From Acidimicrobiales bacterium (GTDB lineage Bacteria; Actinomycetota; Acidimicrobiia; Acidimicrobiales; Aldehydirespiratoraceae), in NCBI GenBank assembly GCA_965116485.1, contig OZ220692.1, positions 3,392,011 to 3,456,010 on the forward strand: a stretch of DNA of 64,000 nt, in the 5' to 3' direction. Below the pieces are notes generated by a model. That model saw nothing but the letters and a program-made list of their open reading frames with translations, did no database searches and was not told the DNA's origin. Shown here in pieces: positions 8,992 through 18,058 of the stretch. Positions within the stretch are counted from its first letter, which is position 1. Every line of letters begins with the position of its first letter. Both the position numbers and the translations under genes were made by a program.

Positions 8992-10506
8992 TCAACCGTC
9001 GTCGGGGAACAACAGAGTGTTCGTGTGGAACTGGCTCCAGGCGAACCAGAAGGCTTGGTGTGCGGCCAGAGGATCGCCCGATGCTTCCGACGCAGCGGTG
9101 AAACCCGCGCCGTCTGAGGTCACCGTGACCCCACCCAACGTGACCGAGGCGCCGCCGGCGGTCAGGGGTTCGATCACAGCGACCGGGAAGGCGACCGGGG
9201 TGCCGTCATCGGAGATCACCCCGACGACCGGCTCTTGCACTCCGAGCCTCGGATCGACGTCGCCGATCGGGAAGATCGGCCCGTCGTCGTCGCGGCCCCG
9301 CAGCGGATCGCGCGGGTAGGTGCGCCCGATGCCGCCGTCCTCGGCGACGATCCGGGTGTCGGGGTGAGCGACCTTCCAATCGCCCCAGGTGGCCGTGCGC
9401 ACGCTGGTCTGGGGTAGCACCACACCGGCGGTGCGCAGCGGTCCGCTCTGGGCCTCGCCGGTGAAGGTGTCCATCACCGACATTGTGTGGAGCTCGAACA
9501 TCACCTTGTTCGACCTGCTCAACAGCCCCGATGTGCGCAGTTCGTAGGCGCCGTAGCCGCCGGTGTCGATCCCGGGCGCCACATCATCGGTGAAGTACGC
9601 CTGGGCCGACCCGCACAGGGTGCAGTAGGGGATGCCCAGACGCCGGCCGCCGACGGTGATGTTGACCATCTCATGGATCTCCATGATGTTCTTCGGGAAC
9701 GCCACCGCCTCGTTGTTGACGACCACGCCGAACACGATCGAGTCGTCGGAATACCAGGAGCCGTCGGCAGCGGAGGTGAGCGCCGGGTCGTTGAGCGCGG
9801 GGATGCAACCCTGAGGGCAGCCGAGGTGGGTCTGGCCGATCGGCCGGTTGTCGATAAGGACGCCGCCCCACGACACCCAGCGCCAGTCGACGGTGGCGCC
9901 GGGGTCGTCGAACAGCGGCGCCCAACGCGGTTCGACAAGCTCGAAGAGCCGGCGCTTCCAGTTGATGTATCCCGGCGGAGCGGGCACATCCCAGGCGATC
10001 ATGTGGTTGGTCGTGAACCCCCACGGCGACTCATCGGCCGGGATCGAGACGTCGGTGAGCGCCTCCCATGCCTTGCTCGTGCGTTCGAATACCTCGCCCA
10101 TGCGGAGGAAGCGGATGACGTCGGTGAGCAGCCACGCCGCCCTCGGATCTCCCGAAGCGCCCACCCGGTCGATCGCTTCGAGGTCCGGGGCTGTCGTCAA
10201 CGAGTCGAACAGTGCGTTGAGATCGACTTCCAACGCGGGATCCAGGGGTCCGCTCGGAGAAGCCGGCGCGGGGCCGAAAGGGCTGATTTCGGGGCCGGCC
10301 GTGTCGTCGCCGACAGACGACTCGACTTCGCTCACATCATCCGGGCCCGTCGACACGCTCGGTTCGCTGGACGCATCGGTGACACCGGTAGCCGTGTCAG
10401 CTGCGGGCTCGGGCCGCGGATCGACTCCTCCGCAGGCTGCGACCACCAGTCCTGCGACAATCAGCAATGCAACCCAACGGAGACCCGTCGTTGAACCTCG
10501 CAACAT
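8992..10506 (-). CDS. DUF3179 family lipoprotein with CxxC motif
   Basis: Lipobox VVAAC, IPAL.DP, HEMVN, YCTLCGS, TSGLL..SN, C-terminal AFWFAW. Start chosen at ATG 10506. Confidence 0.8.
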   Translation of the reverse strand: MLRGSTTGLRWVALLIVAGLVVAACGGVDPRPEPAADTATGVTDASSEPSVSTGPDDVSEVESSVGDDTAGPEISPFGPAPASPSGPLDPALEVDLNALFDSLTTAPDLEAIDRVGASGDPRAAWLLTDVIRFLRMGEVFERTSKAWEALTDVSIPADESPWGFTTNHMIAWDVPAPPGYINWKRRLFELVEPRWAPLFDDPGATVDWRWVSWGGVLIDNRPIGQTHLGCPQGCIPALNDPALTSAADGSWYSDDSIVFGVVVNNEAVAFPKNIMEIHEMVNITVGGRRLGIPYCTLCGSAQAYFTDDVAPGIDTGGYGAYELRTSGLLSRSNKVMFELHTMSVMDTFTGEAQSGPLRTAGVVLPQTSVRTATWGDWKVAHPDTRIVAEDGGIGRTYPRDPLRGRDDDGPIFPIGDVDPRLGVQEPVVGVISDDGTPVAFPVAVIEPLTAGGASVTLGGVTVTSDGAGFTAASEASGDPLAAHQAFWFAWSQFHTNTLLFPDDG

Positions 10507-10653
10507 CAATAGTCCTCGATTCTCAAGCGGGGAACGATTCGGTCGAGCCAGGGCCGGTATCCACCAGTTCCTCGGCACGGTTCGGCGCCTGTGGGAGCAC
10601 CAGTGGCCCAGGCGAGAAAGCATGTCGGTGAGTCTGCCCGGTATATGTTGCAA

Positions 10654-12108
10654 CTACACGCCTGTAGAGGTTTCGGCCTGTTGCCTTCGGAACTCGGGGG
10701 TTTCGTGGGGGAGCAGGACCCGCGCGGCGCGCAGATAACCGTATGGAGTCTCGGCTCGGAAGTTGGAGACACGGCTCGTGTAGACGTCGGCATGCTTCTC
10801 GACTTGGCGTGCGAACAGGCTCTTGTCGACGCCGGCTCTCATCAGTGGACCCCAGAACACGTTCCCCTGCTCGCTCGCGGCCCGTGCCAACGGTGCGATG
10901 CGTTCGTCGAGTTCCGCCAGGTCAGCGGTGGTCGATTCGATGCCGGCGTCGATCTTCTCTCTGGGTTTGTCGTCGACGACGAGATGGCGGCGCTGCATCC
11001 GCAGGCGCGACTGGGCCAACTCCAACTGGCTTTTCTGCTCCATAAGTCTCGCCAGTTCGGTGGTTGTGCCGGCTGCGTTGGCGCTTGCGAAGATCTCATC
11101 CTCCAACTCGCGCACTATCAGCGCGGTGCGCCAGCGCAGCACGTCTTTGGTCACATACACATCGCCGAACAGATGGTCGCCCACGTAGAGGAACTGCGAC
11201 CCCTCATGGCCGAGCGCGTCCTCGACGAGACGCGCGTTGCCTCCGTGGTAGACCGCGCCTGACTTGATCGCACCGAGGTACGGTTCGAGCAGGCCCCGCT
11301 TGCTGTCTACGACCTCATAGATCGGTCCGACGTCGGAGAAGAACCGGGGTTTGTTGGCGGCCACGATTATCAGGTCGAACAGGTCGCGCCAGGTCTGGCC
11401 CGCAGTCATGAACCGGTTGAAGCACCAGTTCATCATCTGTTGGCAGTACGACCAGTCGGAGTTGGTGATGAGTATCAGGTCTTTGCCGGCAAGGCGCTGA
11501 TCCATGAGGGTCGGCACGGTCTCGGGGTCGAGGTCCACGAAGCGTTGCGGGTCTGAGACGATCGCAGCCTTGAGTGATCCGTCGCGGTGAGCGCTGCCGA
11601 GTGCAGTGTCGATTGCGCGGTGGAGCTGTCGGTAGGTCTTGATGCCGGGGAGAGGTGAGCGGTCGTGGAGGTCGACCAGCTGACACCACAGCGAGGCTCG
11701 ACTCAGCTCGAAGAGCGTGTTCATGAACTTGAACCGCTGGTCGGCAAGGTCGATGACCGTTTCCGAGTAGCTCCGCCGCAGTTCCGCGAACGGCAGCATC
11801 GCTTTGCCGTGCTGAGCCCTCACGACGTAACCGAAGCGCGTCGCTTTGACGATGTTGCCCAGTTCGAGGTCGAAGGTGAGTCCGAGCGTGAAAGCCTCGG
11901 GATCGAACACCAGATCTGCGACCGGCCAACCCAATTCCTCAAGGTACGCACGACCGTGATCGAAAGCTGCCCGTTCCCACTCGTCCACGAAATAGTGGAT
12001 GAGTGTGTAGTCCATGTCGTAGCCGATTGCTCGCACGCCGCGGAGGTTGAGGGTTCGGTTGCAGAACACTCCGCGCGGGTGTCGACGCTCGGGTAGGGAC
12101 TCGGTCAC
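10654..12108 (-). CDS. HAD-IG family 5'-nucleotidase
   Basis: GVFCNRTLNL, GYDMDYTL (HAD motif I), LITNS, KPRFF, LYVGDHLFGD, ADVYTSRV. Confidence 0.92.
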   Translation of the reverse strand: MTESLPERRHPRGVFCNRTLNLRGVRAIGYDMDYTLIHYFVDEWERAAFDHGRAYLEELGWPVADLVFDPEAFTLGLTFDLELGNIVKATRFGYVVRAQHGKAMLPFAELRRSYSETVIDLADQRFKFMNTLFELSRASLWCQLVDLHDRSPLPGIKTYRQLHRAIDTALGSAHRDGSLKAAIVSDPQRFVDLDPETVPTLMDQRLAGKDLILITNSDWSYCQQMMNWCFNRFMTAGQTWRDLFDLIIVAANKPRFFSDVGPIYEVVDSKRGLLEPYLGAIKSGAVYHGGNARLVEDALGHEGSQFLYVGDHLFGDVYVTKDVLRWRTALIVRELEDEIFASANAAGTTTELARLMEQKSQLELAQSRLRMQRRHLVVDDKPREKIDAGIESTTADLAELDERIAPLARAASEQGNVFWGPLMRAGVDKSLFARQVEKHADVYTSRVSNFRAETPYGYLRAARVLLPHETPEFRRQQAETSTGV

Positions 12109-12112
12109 CGGG

Positions 12113-13390
12113 TCATTGTCGCGCGTCGAGGGGTTGCCGTGTGGGCGATTGTTCCGCCGCTTCCGAATCGAGGGCGGTGGGCCGGGTGAGAGCTGCAACC
12201 TCACCCTTGTGATCCAGCAGCGACGCCCGGGCCACGGCCTTGTTGCCCCATCGCGAGCGGATGCTGTCGATCATGGTGTCGAGCACATCGGTCGGTTTGC
12301 CGCTGTCAGCGAACGGGAGCGCGAGCTGTATCGCATCGTGAGAACCGAGCGCTGAGTAGGTGACCCCGATCAGCGTGCAACCGACACGACCGAGTCTGCT
12401 GCCGGGACCGTGGGGACCGTCGATCAGATCGAGCAGCAGTTCGTCGGCGACTGCGACGAGAATGTCTGTTTGTTGAGTCGCCTCGGGCAGGGTGCGAGAT
12501 CGGGTCTCGTGACGCATCTCCGAAGTTCGGTACCGAACGGTGACAGTGCGGGCGACGCGTTCTGCTTTGCGCAGACGCGCGGCCACCTTCTCGGCCAGTG
12601 CGAGCATCTCGAGGCGCAATTCTTCGCGCCGGCGGACTTTCTGCCCGAGAGCCCGCTGAGCGCCCATCGACCGGTCGCGGCGGTCGGTGTCGACCGCCCT
12701 CGGGTCGTGGTTGTGAGCCAGCGCCAGAAGGTGGGCGCTCGCGTGGTCGCCGAGATAGCCCTTGAGTCCGTCACGTCCGCACGAGGCGAGATCTCCGACC
12801 GTGTCGATACCGTGATCGTGGAGCTTCGCGGCAGTGACCCGACCCACACCCCAGAGAACCTCGATGGGCAGTGGATGAAGGAAGGCGAGTTCGTTGCCTG
12901 GTTCGACGACGATTACTCCGTCAGGCTTTGCCTGGCCGCTGGCGACCTTGGCCAAAAACTTGGTTTGGGCGACGCCCACCGAGAGGGCCAATCCCACGTT
13001 CTCCCGCACCTGAGTCCTGAGTGCCTCGGCGATCTGAGCGGCGGGTCCGAAGAGGTGCTCGGCTCCGGCGACGTCGAGGAAGGCCTCGTCGACCGACAGC
13101 GGTTCGACGAAGGGTGTGAAGTCGGCGAACTGCTCGAACACCTGTGTCGACGCCTCGGCATAGGCGTCCATACGCGGTGGAACCGTGATCGCTTGGGGAC
13201 ACAGAGAACGGGCGATCGCGCCGCTCATCCCTGAACGGACTCCGCCGCGTTTGGCCTCGTAGCTGCAGGCCAACACCACGCCCTGACCGACGATGACCGC
13301 GTGGTCGCGCAACCTGGGATCGTCACGCTGTTCAACCGACGCGTAGAAGGCGTCAAGATCGGCATGAAGGATGGTGGCGCGGCCGCTCAC
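12113..13390 (-). CDS. dinB: DNA polymerase IV
   Basis: ILHADLDAFYASVEQ, SYEAK, EPLSVDEAFLD, KFLAKVAS..AKPDG, LWGVG. GTG start at 13390. Confidence 0.95.
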   Translation of the reverse strand: MSGRATILHADLDAFYASVEQRDDPRLRDHAVIVGQGVVLACSYEAKRGGVRSGMSGAIARSLCPQAITVPPRMDAYAEASTQVFEQFADFTPFVEPLSVDEAFLDVAGAEHLFGPAAQIAEALRTQVRENVGLALSVGVAQTKFLAKVASGQAKPDGVIVVEPGNELAFLHPLPIEVLWGVGRVTAAKLHDHGIDTVGDLASCGRDGLKGYLGDHASAHLLALAHNHDPRAVDTDRRDRSMGAQRALGQKVRRREELRLEMLALAEKVAARLRKAERVARTVTVRYRTSEMRHETRSRTLPEATQQTDILVAVADELLLDLIDGPHGPGSRLGRVGCTLIGVTYSALGSHDAIQLALPFADSGKPTDVLDTMIDSIRSRWGNKAVARASLLDHKGEVAALTRPTALDSEAAEQSPTRQPLDARQ

Positions 13391-13406
13391 ACCCCTCAAC
13401 CTACCT

Positions 13407-13422
13407 GCAAACATATGTTCGA
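13407..13422 (-). promoter_or_regulatory. LexA (SOS) box upstream of dinB
   Basis: Minus strand reads TCGAACATATGTTTGC against the actinobacterial consensus TCGAAC-N4-GTTCGA. It lies just upstream of a TAGGTT -10 (13398-13403) that is 7 nt from the GTG start. Confidence 0.85.
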
Positions 13423-13438
13423 TTCCAGTAGTGAAATC

Positions 13439-13500
13439 GGGTGCTTCGGAAATCAGGGGGGAGTGATGGTGTTGTACTCCCCCTCATTTCCGAAGCGCCC
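13439..13500. repeat. Long imperfect inverted repeat (arms about 25 bp, 11-nt loop)
   Basis: gggtgcttcggaaatcaggggggagt (13439-13464) pairs with actccccctcatttccgaagcgccc (13476-13500). Confidence 0.85.
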
Positions 13501-13526
13501 TCGTTCCTCTTCTAAAGTGAATCATT

Positions 13527-14717
13527 ATGGCATCTTCTGAGAACGACATTGACGTTGATTTGGACTGGAGGGGCACCGATAGTTCATGGGATGTCCACGG
13601 GGAACCTGGGAGGTGCCGGAGACCGTGAGTCGCCGTTGCGGGCGCAGCGGTTGTAATTTTGTCGATCGCCGGGATCCTTCAATCGCGGTGGGAAGCCTCC
13701 AGCGTGGTCGCAGATCCACCGACCACGAGCGAGAGTCCCGTTACAGCACCCATTCCCGATACATTAGCTTTCGATGGTACGGTGCCCGACGAGCGGCCAA
13801 TCGTCGCCGACCAGCCGCTGCTAAGCCTGCTGGATGACTGGAGTGGCATCGCAGGCGCAATGATTCTTCAGGGCGTCCCGCGCAGCAGCGAAACCGGCAA
13901 TCTGGTAAGCGTGACAGTCGTCGGGGATCAGGTGACCCGCTTCCCAACTGCGTCGGATTCCTTGACTCAACCGCTCTGGGTATCGGGCGACGGACAGATA
14001 GTTGCTTTCTCCGACGGCGCTGGACGATCTAATCGAGGTGAATGGTCTTCGATCACTACGGGCGACACGATCGTCGCATATCCAAAAGACGGGGCGCTCT
14101 GGTCTGTGAGTTATGAGCGCCGTAGTATCGCACGCCTTGATTCCGACGCACCGAATCGGTTTGAAGACTACGAACTAAGACCCGACGTGGAGCGGATCCT
14201 CGGTCGCTTGGACAACGGATTCCTGGTTGTGCGCAGTTTGGAGTCCGGCGGTAGCGAGTTTGCCATCTGGACCGACGAAGGATCGGTAGATTCGATTTAC
14301 GGACTCGCCGGACGCGAAATACTCCACATCAGCTCTTCCACAATCCTATTGAGAGCGGCGGAACAACGGGTCGTGGCCATGGACTTGTCTCAATCCGGCA
14401 CTGTCACCGCGAAGGCGTCGATGAGAGTCGACTTCGACATTGATCGCGCCTGCATGTCTCCCGACGAAACGCTCGTGGCCGCCTTTGGATCCGACAGCTT
14501 AGGAACCGCAAGGTTTGCTGTCATTGAGATGGACTCGGGTCAGGAACTCCTCTTTGAACCGCTGGTTGACGATTTTGCGTGGATCGCCCACAGCAAGATC
14601 GTGTTCACTCGGAGAAACTCACTGCTCGCAAGCGACCTCGGCTCAGATCCAAGGCGCGTTGCACAACTCTCTCCCGACTATTCGTGGCAAGTCGCTTCAA
14701 GTAGCTCCGCCTGCTAG
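13527..14717 (+). pseudogene. Membrane-anchored hypothetical protein (beta-propeller-like) interrupted by an in-frame TGA at codon 34
   Basis: ATG 13527 is in frame with ORF 13659-14717: MASSENDIDV...GRCRRP*VAVAGAAVVILSIAGIL. TGA at 13626-13628 directly precedes the TM helix. Confidence 0.6.
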
Positions 14718-14835
14718 CACGACAGCATTGCATCCGCATCCGCCTATGACCCGCGCCGGAATACACTCGCTGTCACCCTCTGACGCCGGACCACAACGCG
14801 TATCCACGCTTGATGGCTGCGCAGATTGGGCGAGC

Positions 14836-15630
14836 CTATTTGGCGACGGTGGACAGGCCGCCGCCGACGGGCACGACCGCGCCGGTGACATAGGAGGCGG
14901 CGGCCGACGCCAGATAGATCGCCACTCCGGCCATGTCGTCGGGCATGCCGATCCTGCCGAGAGGGACGTCACGGGCGATGCCTGCACGCGCGTCAGGATC
15001 GTTGAGCGCAAAGGCCATCATCTGGGAATCGAAGGGACCCGGCGCGATGGCGTTGACGGTGATGTGTTCTTCGGCCAGTTGCTTGGCGAGATGGCGGGTC
15101 AGCATATGCACCGCCGCTTTCGACGACGAATAGGAGAACGTGTCCATCTCCGGCGGGGTCAGCCCGTTCACCGAACCCGTATTGATGACCCGGGCCGGGT
15201 ATGACTGTCGGGCCGCAGCACGAAGCAGCGGCAGCAGACGTTGAGTGAGAAAGAACACCCCTCGGACGTTCACGTTCATCACCTTGTCCCAACCCTGCGC
15301 ACTGAAGTCGTCGAGCGGTTCACCCCACGACGCACCCGCGTTGTTGACCAGAATGTCCAGCGAGTCCCAGCGTTCGTTGACCGCAGCGACAAGGTGATCG
15401 ATGCCCTCGTCAGTGGAGAGATCGCTCGGAACCGCTATGCAGGTTCCCCTCGACGACATCTCATCGGCGGCCGCGGTGACCTGTTCGATCTTGCGGGCAG
15501 TGATGATCACCTCACACCCCGCGTCGAGCAAACCCTCCGCGATCATCCTGCCGATACCGCGACTGCCTCCTGTGACAACGGCACGCCGACCCTCGAGGCC
15601 GAACAGTGATGTGATGCGATTGACGTCCAT
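14836..15630 (-). CDS. Short-chain dehydrogenase/reductase
   Basis: TGGSRGIG, NNAG, YSSSK, VNAIAPG. Confidence 0.93.
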   Translation of the reverse strand: MDVNRITSLFGLEGRRAVVTGGSRGIGRMIAEGLLDAGCEVIITARKIEQVTAAADEMSSRGTCIAVPSDLSTDEGIDHLVAAVNERWDSLDILVNNAGASWGEPLDDFSAQGWDKVMNVNVRGVFFLTQRLLPLLRAAARQSYPARVINTGSVNGLTPPEMDTFSYSSSKAAVHMLTRHLAKQLAEEHITVNAIAPGPFDSQMMAFALNDPDARAGIARDVPLGRIGMPDDMAGVAIYLASAAASYVTGAVVPVGGGLSTVAK

Positions 15631-15691
15631 AAGAACTCCTTAACGATGCGCGGACCTGCGCCAGCACCCTAACGCCCATAAACTCCGAGCC

Positions 15692-16408
15692 ATGCCAACA
15701 ACAACAGACCACGTAATATCCAGCGCCTCTGGCGACATTCCCGCAATCCTGTGCACTCCCGACAGCGGCAGCGGACCCGGCATCGTGCTGATCCAGGAGA
15801 TCTTCGGAATCAACGACTACATCAGCAGCGTCGCCGAGCGCCTCGCCAACGAGGGCTACGTCGTCCTGGCGCCGCACATGTACTGGCGGATCCAGCACCC
15901 GTTCCGCGTCGATGCCCGCGGCCCCGAGGACCTGGGACCGGCCTTCGAGATCGCCAACCAGCACCCCCCAGAAGACGGTATCGCCGACATCGGCGCCGCG
16001 CTGGAGCACCTGTCGAACCGCTCAGAGGTGCAGGGCGGCGTCGCGGTGATGGGGTTCTGCTTCGGCGGTTCGATGACCTACCTGGCCGCAGCAGCTCACG
16101 AACCGACCTGCGCGGTGTCGTACTACGGTTCGATGATCGGCGAGAACCTCGACAAGGCCTCCGCGATAACCTGCCCGGTCCTGTTCCACTTCGGCGACGA
16201 CGACCCGTTCCTGCCCAACGAGCATGTCGACGGCCTTCGCGCAGCCACCGAAGGGATGGACAACGTCGAGATCCTCGTGCAACAAGGGGCCGGCCACGCC
16301 TTCGACAACGACAAGAACCCGATGTTCGCCAACCCGTCGGCCGCGGCCGCTTCCTGGGCCCGCACCTCAGCGTTCCTCAGGACCCACCTGAACGCCGGCA
16401 CTTCCTAA
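15692..16408 (+). CDS. Dienelactone hydrolase family protein
   Basis: QEIFG, GFCFGG nucleophile, HFGDDD, AGHAF. Confidence 0.92.
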   Translation: MPTTTDHVISSASGDIPAILCTPDSGSGPGIVLIQEIFGINDYISSVAERLANEGYVVLAPHMYWRIQHPFRVDARGPEDLGPAFEIANQHPPEDGIADIGAALEHLSNRSEVQGGVAVMGFCFGGSMTYLAAAAHEPTCAVSYYGSMIGENLDKASAITCPVLFHFGDDDPFLPNEHVDGLRAATEGMDNVEILVQQGAGHAFDNDKNPMFANPSAAAASWARTSAFLRTHLNAGTS

Positions 16409-16602
16409 AGCAATCGCTTCCTTAACTCGATTCCCCCGTCTTACCGGGAAAGCTCAGCTGATGCAGAAGTCCGGACCCGCAGGTTAGGGTGCTCGGTGCA
16501 ACGCTGTGGGGCGGAGTGTTCATGGTGTGGTCGGGCCGGTTTATTGGCTCTTCGCGTTTGAGGTCGGAGTCGGGGTTGTGGGGTGTCCGCGGTCAGTTGG
16601 GC

Positions 16603-16653
16603 GGGATCCTCCAGAATCGGGGTCGTAAACCACACCTGAACCTGGAGGATCCC
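16603..16653 (+). promoter_or_regulatory. Stem-loop that could sequester the transposase RBS
   Basis: gggatcctccag (16603-16614) pairs with ctggaggatccc (16642-16653), which contains GGAGG just before GTG 16655. Confidence 0.55.
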
Positions 16654-16654
16654 T

Positions 16655-17950
16655 GTGGAACACGACCCTATACGCATGTGCGAGTTGTTGGTGGGCCTCG
16701 GCGAAGTCGACGTGTTGAGCGTCGACGACGACCGTGGCGGCGAGCCGTTGAGGTTGCATGTCCGATGTCGGGCACCGCGTCCGTCGTGTGCGGGTTGTGG
16801 CGGCAAGTTGTGGTCCGACGGCAAGCGGCTGGTGGAGCTGGTGGATCTGCCGAGCTTCGGCCGGCCGGCGAGGTTGGTGTGGCACAAACACCGGTGGCGT
16901 TGCCCGAGTGAGGATTGCGGCACGGGGTCGGTGACTGAGCAGAACCCTCAGGTCGCGCCGCCGCGGGTGTTGTTGACGACACGAGCAGCGCGTTGGGCGA
17001 CACGCCAGGTCGGCTGTGGCCGTCCGGTGAGCGATGTTGCTTCGGACTTGGCGTGTTGCTGGTCGGCGGTGAACGACACGGTGCTGTGCTGGGGTCAAAC
17101 GCTGCTCGACGCCGACACTGACCGGATCGGCGCGACGACCGCGGTGGGTCTCGACGAAACTCTGTTCGGCCGCACCGGCCGGTTCAAACACAAGGCGTGG
17201 GCGACCAGCATCGTCGATGTCGCCGGCGGCAAACTGTTGGACATAGTGCCTCACAGAACAGCTGCAGCACCGGCGAAATGGCTGCTGGACCAGCCTGCGA
17301 GCTGGCGGGTACACATTCGTTGGGCGACCCTGGACCTCTCCGGGCCGTATAGGGCGACGTACGACACGGCGCTGCCTGACGCAGCCCAGGTCGCGGACCC
17401 GTTCCATGTCGTGCGGCAAGCTGACAACACACTCGACGAGGTGCGACGGCGAGTGCAGAACCAGACCCTCGGGCACCGCGGCCGCAAACACGACCCGCTG
17501 TATGCCAGCCGCAAACTGCTGCTCACCGGTCACGAACGCATCAGCGAAACAGGTGAGGACCGTCTACGCGGCCTGCTCGAATCCGGTGACCCCCACGGCG
17601 AGGTCCGCAACGCCTCACACGCCAAAGAGACCCTGCGCGGGATATATGACATCGCCGATCCCGACCTCGGACGCGTGACCGTCGATCAGCTCGCCGTCGA
17701 GTTCCAAGACTCGTTTCTGCCTGTCGAGGTCAACCGGCTAGGACGCACCCTGGCTCGTTGGAGCACCCAGATCGCGAACTGGCACCACGCCCGAGTGTCC
17801 AACGCCGCGTCCGAAGCAGCCAACAACCTGATCAAACGAGTCAAACGCGTCGGGTTCGGGTTCACCAACTTCACCAACTACCGGATCAGAGCACTCCTGT
17901 ATGCCGGCAAGCCCAACTGGAACCTACTCAACACCCTCACTCCGACCTAA
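16655..17950 (+). CDS. ISL3 family transposase
   Basis: Zn-finger CAGC...WRCPSEDC, GLDE, TLDLS, DPFHVV, SNAASEAANNLIKRVKRVGFGFTNF. Confidence 0.95.
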   Translation: MEHDPIRMCELLVGLGEVDVLSVDDDRGGEPLRLHVRCRAPRPSCAGCGGKLWSDGKRLVELVDLPSFGRPARLVWHKHRWRCPSEDCGTGSVTEQNPQVAPPRVLLTTRAARWATRQVGCGRPVSDVASDLACCWSAVNDTVLCWGQTLLDADTDRIGATTAVGLDETLFGRTGRFKHKAWATSIVDVAGGKLLDIVPHRTAAAPAKWLLDQPASWRVHIRWATLDLSGPYRATYDTALPDAAQVADPFHVVRQADNTLDEVRRRVQNQTLGHRGRKHDPLYASRKLLLTGHERISETGEDRLRGLLESGDPHGEVRNASHAKETLRGIYDIADPDLGRVTVDQLAVEFQDSFLPVEVNRLGRTLARWSTQIANWHHARVSNAASEAANNLIKRVKRVGFGFTNFTNYRIRALLYAGKPNWNLLNTLTPT

Positions 17951-18058
17951 TACGCGAAGAGCCGGATATCGATGGAAATTTAATATTTTATTTTATCCAA
18001 ACGGGTTTTCTGGGGAAGTAGCTCTTATATAAATTCATTCATAAGAGCTACAATCCCT

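Larger units (their letters stand above)
16546..17963 (+). mobile_element. ISL3 family insertion sequence, full length (1418 bp)
   Basis: Terminal IRs GGCTCTTCGCGT ... ACGCGAAGAGCC enclose an ISL3 transposase. Confidence 0.93.

Noticed and set aside
8992-10506. DUF3179 protein as a selenoprotein
   Set aside because: The motif is plain CTLC and the frame has no internal TGA.
13626-13628. In-frame TGA as selenocysteine
   Set aside because: The context is a basic stretch before a TM helix with no redox motif. Trp-to-stop is the simpler explanation.
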